DNA from: Bdellovibrionota bacterium
GTDB lineage: Bacteria; Bdellovibrionota_C; UBA2361; JBGSMV01
Assembly (NCBI GenBank): GCA_044356455.1
Contig: JBIKWF010000129.1
Coordinates: 1 to 11,224, forward strand
Length of the DNA: 11,224 nt
Reading direction: 5' to 3'
The position numbers were made by a program, and so were the translations under genes. Below are positions 6,904-11,224 of this stretch, piece by piece. Every line of letters begins with the position of its first letter. The first letter of the stretch is position 1. The notes beneath the pieces were generated by a model. It was given only the letters and a program-made list of their open reading frames with translations. It was not told the DNA's origin and made no database searches.

Positions 6904-7015
6904 GAGTCTGTCCCGTAGAAAAATTCTACCACTACAAGTTGTGGTGGCAACGGGACAGCCCCCCTACGGATTGTGTCCAAAATGAGGATTTATGTTTCTA
7001 TGGGACACACTCCTA
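6901..7015. repeat. Family-A palindromic miniature elements, two tandem units
   Basis: Outer ends TAGGAGTCTGTCCC (6901-6914) and GGGACACACTCCTA (7002-7015) are 13/14 inverted repeats. Unit 1 (6901-6966) matches 869-929; unit 2 (6965-7015) has a degenerate left arm. Confidence 0.78.
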
Positions 7016-7028
7016 GCCGTTCCCTATC

Positions 7029-7084
7029 CTTAGTGGTCTTGGTGTTCTTAGTGGTTGTCCTAATAAACCACTAAGAACACTAAG
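7029..7084. repeat. Family-B 9-nt-period hairpin repeat (CTTAGTG variant)
   Basis: CTTAGTGGT CTTGGTGTT CTTAGTGGTT-gtcctaata-AACCACTAAG AACACTAAG; 19-bp stem 7038-7056/7066-7084 with one G-U. Confidence 0.8.
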
Positions 7085-7159
7085 TGCGGCGCAGATCCCG
7101 GCTTTCAGCGAACCGGGAACCCTACTACCCTTATCAGGTACTTCTGAGAGGGGGCCTTT

Positions 7160-8413
7160 ATGGAAAGAGTAGCCGTAGTTGGTGGGTGCCGGACACCTTT
7201 TGTCAGGGCAGGGGGGGCGTTTGGGCGCCTTTCATTCATGGACCTTGGGGTTCATGTAGTTAAGGCCACCGTACGTCGTCTTTCACTATCTCCAAGCGAC
7301 ATTGAAGAGTTCATATTTGGAACAGTCCTTGTAGATCCGCGCGCATCAAATTTCGCCCGCGAGATTATCTTTAGAAGCGGTCTTCCGCGCTCCATCACTG
7401 CTCATGCCGTCTCCAATAACTGTATTAGTGGCCTCGTGGCGGCGACCATGCTGGCCGAAGGAATTCAGTCCGGACGAATCAAGGGCGGGCTCGCGGGGGG
7501 AAGTGAGTCTATGTCCCGGCCTACCCTGACCCTTTCTCCCAAAGGGGAAGACTGGTTTCTTGGTCTTGCACGGGCGCGGACGACAGGTCAGAAGCTACAA
7601 AAATTGCTGGGGCTTCGTCCAAAGTACCTTTTCCCGCAGGCCCCGAGCCCGAAAGAGCCTTCAACCGGGCTCACCATGGGACAGCACTGTGAGATAACCG
7701 CGAAGGAGTTTAAGATCTCCCGGTCGGTGCAGGATGCGATTGCCTTGCGGAGCCATCAGCGCGCCGCGGCTGCTCAAAAATCAGGGTTCCTTTCCGAAGA
7801 AATAGAGGCACTCGGAGAAGTTGCGGCTGACAATTTCATTCGTGCAGATACCACGCTTGAGAAACTAGGTGCACTTAAACCAGCCTTTGATCGGTCCCCA
7901 GCGGGAACGCTTACTGCAGGCAATTCGAGCGGGCTTACGGACGGTGCTTCTGTGGTGTGCCTGATGGCAGAAAGTTTGGCGCGGGCCCAGGGGAGAGAGA
8001 TTCTTGGCTTTATTCGAGCCACTGAATACGCATCCATTGCGCCAGACGATGGTCTACTTATGGCGCCTGCCGTTGCGCTGCCTCGGCTGCTCGCGAAGCA
8101 GCGGCTCACGGTTGGTGATATTGATTGTTTTGAAGTGCACGAGGCCTTTGCCGCGCAAGTTGCGGCAAATATGGCGAGCTGGGAGAAGGGCTGGCCAAAG
8201 GTAAAGGGCGCCGATGTGATTGGTGCCATTCCCGAAGAAAAGTGGAACGTAAATGGAGGCTCGATTGCCATCGGCCACCCTTTTGCAGCCACGGGCGGAA
8301 GGCTCATTCTTTCAGCCCTTAATCACTTAAAGCGCACCAACAAGAAAAGGGCAGCGATAAGTGTTTGTGCCGCAGGTGCTATGGCTTGTGCAATGTTGCT
8401 TGAGCGGGAATAA
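7160..8413 (+). CDS. fadI: Acetyl-CoA C-acyltransferase (3-ketoacyl-CoA thiolase), FadI/TFE-beta type
   Basis: RTPF, nucleophile NNCISG, GGSESMS, TAGNSSGLTDGAS, HEAFAAQ (His variant typical of FadI/TFE-beta rather than NEAF), GGSIAIGHPFAATG and C-terminal CAAG. Confidence 0.9.
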   Translation: MERVAVVGGCRTPFVRAGGAFGRLSFMDLGVHVVKATVRRLSLSPSDIEEFIFGTVLVDPRASNFAREIIFRSGLPRSITAHAVSNNCISGLVAATMLAEGIQSGRIKGGLAGGSESMSRPTLTLSPKGEDWFLGLARARTTGQKLQKLLGLRPKYLFPQAPSPKEPSTGLTMGQHCEITAKEFKISRSVQDAIALRSHQRAAAAQKSGFLSEEIEALGEVAADNFIRADTTLEKLGALKPAFDRSPAGTLTAGNSSGLTDGASVVCLMAESLARAQGREILGFIRATEYASIAPDDGLLMAPAVALPRLLAKQRLTVGDIDCFEVHEAFAAQVAANMASWEKGWPKVKGADVIGAIPEEKWNVNGGSIAIGHPFAATGGRLILSALNHLKRTNKKRAAISVCAAGAMACAMLLERE

Positions 8414-8489
8414 GCTCGCTCAAGAGCCCCCGCAGACAAATCCATCTCAGCCCTTGAGAGACCTCTTAGGGAAACTCTGAGAAAGTTCA

Positions 8490-8571
8490 CTCCGTGATCT
8501 CTGTGACCTCTGTGGTTGATTTAAATATTTGAAAAACCACAGAGGGCACAGAGGGCACAGAGAACACAGAG
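8490..8571. repeat. Family-B 9-nt-period hairpin repeat (CTCTGTG/CACAGAG)
   Basis: CTCCGTGAT CTCTGTGAC CTCTGTGGTT, 17-nt AT-rich loop, AACCACAGAG GGCACAGAG GGCACAGAG AACACAGAG, between convergent genes. Confidence 0.85.
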
Positions 8572-8607
8572 AGAATAAATGAAATATCCCGGTTTTTCAG
8601 AGATTCC

Positions 8608-9096
8608 TTAGTAGCGCCGATCGGAGTTCGAGCGGTCGTCGTAGCTTCTATCGTCATAGCGCCTATCATCATTGCGTCTGTCCGCAGGTCGGTCTCGCCT
8701 ATAGCCGTCATCCCGGTATTCACGGTCGCTATAGCCACGATCTCTGCGCAGGTCTTCAAGTTCGCGGCGTTGACGTTCAAGCTCTTCATCCTGACGCCGA
8801 AGTCTTTCGTCCTGCTCTGACTGCCTTCCTGCGGTATTGTCTGCTTCGTTTCCAATCAGGCCACCCGCAATTGCCCCGGCAGCCGCGCCAATCGCGATGC
8901 CAGCGCCTGTGTTGCCAGCTTGATTACCGACTATGGCGCCTAGTCCTGATCCTAGGGCGCCGCCGGTGAGAACGCCTGTCTCTCTTCGGCTCAAAGGCTG
9001 TGAGCTGCAAGAGGCAAGTAAAAGTGCGGCGCTTGCGGCGAGTGAAATTACTAAAAAAGAAGGGCCACCAACGATTTTAGCAGTGTGCATGCGCAT
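8608..9096 (-). CDS. Glycine-zipper lipoprotein with coiled-coil and Arg/Asp/Tyr-rich tail
   Basis: Signal peptide with lipobox LLAS|C; GxxxG zipper GVLTGGALGSGLGAIVG...GIAIGAAAGAIAGGLIG; then QDERLRRQDEELERQRRELEDLRR. The ORF extends to 9105, but GAGGA abuts that ATG and is better spaced (9 nt) for the ATG at 9096. Confidence 0.85.
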   Translation of the reverse strand: MRMHTAKIVGGPSFLVISLAASAALLLASCSSQPLSRRETGVLTGGALGSGLGAIVGNQAGNTGAGIAIGAAAGAIAGGLIGNEADNTAGRQSEQDERLRRQDEELERQRRELEDLRRDRGYSDREYRDDGYRRDRPADRRNDDRRYDDRSYDDRSNSDRRY

Positions 9097-9227
9097 AAAA
9101 AGCATTCCTCAAGAGGCAAAATACACAATTACGAATTCACCTCTAGTATTTCATAAGCCGGAATTCAGCGCAAAGTGCCGGTATTCCTTAATATTTCAAG
9201 TATTCTTGTAGCGGCAAAAATATCCCT

Positions 9228-9254
9228 TAAGGCTTTTAGGCCCCAGTCCGTTAC
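9228..9254 (+). promoter_or_regulatory. Sigma28 (FliA/SigD)-like promoter of flagellin 1
   Basis: TAAG-N15-TCCGTTAC versus consensus TAAA-N15-GCCGATAA; an equivalent element sits at a similar distance before flagellin 2. Confidence 0.7.
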
Positions 9255-9339
9255 CCAATCTTAGAAGTTAGCGAACAATTCAAGCGGCACCTCAGCAATT
9301 AAGTAACGCGCCCACGATACTTAAGCGTTGAGAGCCGTG

Positions 9340-9430
9340 GAACAAGGATTCGGCCTCGGTTTAGCCCGAGAGCGAGAGCTTATTCGTCGAAGGATTGACG
9401 GAAGGTCCGAGTCTTCACATTCAAGGAGGA
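9340..9430 (+). promoter_or_regulatory. CsrA/RsmA-like GGA sites in the flagellin 1 leader
   Basis: GAA-CAAGGA-TTC (9340-9351), CGTCGA-AGGA-TTGACG (9385-9400) and AAGGAGGA at the RBS. Confidence 0.6.
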
Positions 9431-9437
9431 ACTATCC

Positions 9438-10298
9438 ATGGCAGTTACTATTGGGTCTAATATTGCGTCCCTTCAAGCTCAGCGTCGGTTGTCAACCGCA
9501 ACTGATGCCCTCGGTCGTACATTTGAAAAGTTAAGTTCTGGTCAACGCATTAACCGTGCATCTGACGATGCCGCCGGTCTTGCGATTGCCGACAGTTTGC
9601 GCGCTGATCAGCGTGTTGCCACCGTTGCTATCCGAAATGCGAACGATGGTATCTCGACGATCGCGATTGCAGACTCTGCACTTGGTCAGGTTGGTAACGT
9701 ACTTTCTCGTTTGGCAGAACTTGCCGAGCAATCAGCGAACGGCGTGTTCTCGCCGACGCAGCGCTCTGCACTTTCAAACGAGTTCGTGGCGCTTGCCTCT
9801 GAAATTGAGCGTATTGCGATTACTACTGAGTTCAACGGCGTTCGCCTGATCTCTGGTGGTAATGCTCTTACCCTCCAGATCGGATTTAACTCGAAGTCGA
9901 CCTCACAGATTTCGTATACCGGCGTGCAAGGTACTCTTGCCGCGCTTGGTCTTGCCACCACTGGTTCATCGGCACTTGTATACTCAATCAGCGGAACAAG
10001 CATTGAAGATGGTCAGTCATCTTCTCGTCTTGCTCTCGATGCGATTAACGGCGCCATCAGCTCACTTGCCTCTCAGCGAGGTGTGCTTGGTGCGACGGAA
10101 TCGCGACTCCAAGTGGCGATTAACAGCCTCACGGTTGCTCGTGAAAACTTCGCATCTGCGGAAAGCCGCATCCGTGACGTTGACGTAGCGACTGAAGCAG
10201 CCGAGCTTACTCGGTTGAACATCTTGCAACAGGCTGGTTCGTCCATCTTGGCGCAGGCCAATCAGCAGCCATCGCTGGCTCTGTCACTGCTCCGGTAA
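9438..10298 (+). CDS. fliC: Flagellin (short, 286 aa)
   Basis: LSSGQRINRASDDAAGLAIA, RNANDGIS, ESRIRDVDVATE and NILQQAGSSILAQANQQPSLALSLL conserved D0/D1 blocks; RBS AAGGAGG. Confidence 0.97.
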   Translation: MAVTIGSNIASLQAQRRLSTATDALGRTFEKLSSGQRINRASDDAAGLAIADSLRADQRVATVAIRNANDGISTIAIADSALGQVGNVLSRLAELAEQSANGVFSPTQRSALSNEFVALASEIERIAITTEFNGVRLISGGNALTLQIGFNSKSTSQISYTGVQGTLAALGLATTGSSALVYSISGTSIEDGQSSSRLALDAINGAISSLASQRGVLGATESRLQVAINSLTVARENFASAESRIRDVDVATEAAELTRLNILQQAGSSILAQANQQPSLALSLLR

Positions 10299-10309
10299 CC
10301 CTCATAAAA

Positions 10310-10342
10310 CCCTAGCGGGCTCTCGTAAGAGAGCCCCTAGGG
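10310..10342. other. GC-rich hairpin with GTAA (GNRA) tetraloop just after flagellin 1
   Basis: CCCTAG-C-GGGCTCTC-GTAA-GAGAGCCC-CTAGGG. No U-tract on +; the AAAA before it would give a short U-tract only on the - strand. Confidence 0.75.
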
Positions 10343-10761
10343 GGGGAGCACCATCGCTCCCCCGAGAGAGGAGTTACCTTACCACTAACGTAATGGTGCT
10401 CCTTGTCTCGAAGGTAGTGCAAGCTCTTAGGTGTGTAGCGACACGTCGGTCGCTATTGCTTGAGAGCTTCGAAGCCGGGGCCGTTCGTGATGGTAGCAGT
10501 AGGGTCGAAAGTAGGTGGTTCAGAGCGTCATCTCTGGCGTGTAGGTTACTGCGAGCGAAAGCCCGCAGTGAGTGCGGCATGCAGCAGATACTCGTATCGT
10601 CCTATCTAAACCCTTCAGCGTGGTCCCGGCCGTAAGAAGTAGTACTCGACAGGTCGGGCTCTAGAAATATTCTGGGTGCTAAATTTAGTGCCTCGCTAAC
10701 TTTTCGGGCCTCGAGTTGCAGATGAAGGGACGCGGATCCCCTGCAACTCGGGGCCCTTTTT
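10341..10761 (+). ncRNA. Candidate large structured non-coding RNA between tandem flagellins, family unknown
   Basis: Near-continuous ~21-bp hairpin 10421-10469; long-range helix 10474-10483/10621-10630 enclosing a multibranch domain with a GAAA-capped stem; 3' three-way junction; terminator at the end; many G-U wobble pairs on +. Confidence 0.55.
10706..10761 (+). terminator. Intrinsic terminator-like extended hairpin
   Basis: GGGCCTCGAGTTGCAG (10706-10721) pairs with CTGCAACTCGGGGCCC (10741-10756; 16 bp, one G-U); inner GGGA/TCCC stem; followed by TTTTT. Confidence 0.7.
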
Positions 10762-10837
10762 GTATGAAATGCGCGAACGAGTCCAGACCCTTAGGTGCCC
10801 ACCAACCAAAATCTTGGTGAGATTCAAAGATTCTGCT

Positions 10838-10864
10838 TAAGTTTCCCGTTGCCCCCGCCGTTCA
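10838..10864 (+). promoter_or_regulatory. Sigma28 (FliA/SigD)-like promoter of flagellin 2
   Basis: TAAG(TTT)-N15-GCCGTTCA, ending 176 nt before the ATG (184 nt for flagellin 1). Confidence 0.72.
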
Positions 10865-10983
10865 CCTCTTCTGTAGATGGTGTGTGTTCGGTGTCGGGTG
10901 CGGAGCTATCTCTCAAGATATCTTCGCACCCCACCTTGTAAGTTGAACTGATTGAGTCGGTTGCCCCGGGTCTGGTTGCAACT

Positions 10984-11030
10984 CTTGGTCAAAGGATGAC
11001 CAAGGACCTCAATTAGGTAGTCACGGAGGA
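10984..11030 (+). promoter_or_regulatory. CsrA/RsmA-like GGA sites in the flagellin 2 leader
   Basis: Perfect 8-bp hairpin CTTGGTCA-AAGGA-TGACCAAG (10984-11004), an adjacent AAGGA, and ACGGAGGA at the RBS. Confidence 0.65.
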
Positions 11031-11039
11031 TGTGGTGGT

Positions 11040-11224
11040 ATGGCAGTTACAATTGGTTCTAATATTGCGTCCCTTCAAGCGCAGCGTAGGTTAAGCACCG
11101 CGTCTGACGCCCTTGGAAGAACATTCGAAAAACTAAGCTCTGGTCAACGCATTAACCGCGCATCTGACGATGCTGCCGGTCTCGCGATTGCCGACTCTCT
11201 GCGCGCCGATCAGCGCGTAGCGTC
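11040..11224 (+). CDS. fliC: Flagellin, second paralog (5' part only)
   Basis: MAVTIGSNIASLQAQRRLSTASDALGRTFEKLSSGQRINRASDDAAGLAIADSLRADQRVA; 60/61 complete codons encode the same residue as flagellin 1; RBS GGAGGA. Confidence 0.96.
   Translation, partial: MAVTIGSNIASLQAQRRLSTASDALGRTFEKLSSGQRINRASDDAAGLAIADSLRADQRVA

Noticed and set aside
3034..8571. Short periodic repeats (3034-3093, 7029-7084, 8490-8571) considered as CRISPR arrays
   Set aside because: Units are 9-15 bp and directly adjacent, with no unique 25-45-bp spacers and no cas genes.
8487..8855. 122-aa ORF overlapping the lipoprotein in another frame
   Set aside because: Its C-terminus (SVFSVPSVPSVV...TTEVTEITE) is simply the translation of the 9-nt family-B repeat; the rest is a shadow frame.
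10399..10405. CTCCTTG complementary to CAAGGAG at the flagellin 1 RBS
   Set aside because: Only 7 bp, expected by chance; not enough to claim antisense targeting.
10374..10635. ORFs 10374..10580 (-) and 10393..10635 (+) between the flagellins
   Set aside because: No family motifs; the nearest SD-like GAGGAG is about 19 nt from the + ATG; the dense helical pairing is better explained by RNA structure. Not strictly excluded.
10341..10804. RNase P, tmRNA or group II intron identity for the inter-flagellin structure (AGGGTCGAAAG..GGTGGTTCAGAGC resembles an RNase P segment; CCCACCA at 10798-10804; GTGCG at 10572)
   Set aside because: No GAGGAAAGTCC / P4 partner, no T-loop or acceptor stem before the CCA (which lies beyond the terminator), and no domain V AGC/CGC-triad hairpin.

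Overview
Bacterial chromosomal window (moderately GC-rich). The short tandem flagellins are reminiscent of Bdellovibrionota/delta-proteobacteria-like lineages, but taxonomy cannot be fixed from this sequence. Genes in order: a medium-chain dehydrogenase/reductase running off the left edge (-; missed by the ORF track), prmA (-), a ferritin-like di-iron protein (+), a 718-aa protein that appears to fuse two HU/IHF-like folds to a SUFU-like domain (-), thioredoxin trxA (-), an SplB/COG1533-like radical-SAM-fold protein with no CxxxCxxC motif and a C-terminal QLSIF clamp-binding-like motif (+), a FadI-type thiolase (+), a glycine-zipper lipoprotein (-), and two tandem flagellins (+; the second runs off the right edge). 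Each flagellin has a sigma28-like promoter and GGA-loop (CsrA-like) hairpins in a long leader. The intergenic DNA holds two families of dispersed palindromic repeats and three extensively base-paired non-coding stretches. The most striking is about 420 nt between the flagellins, a multi-domain + strand RNA candidate ending in an intrinsic terminator that I cannot assign to a known family. All structures were folded by eye and all domain calls are motif recognition, not database hits.
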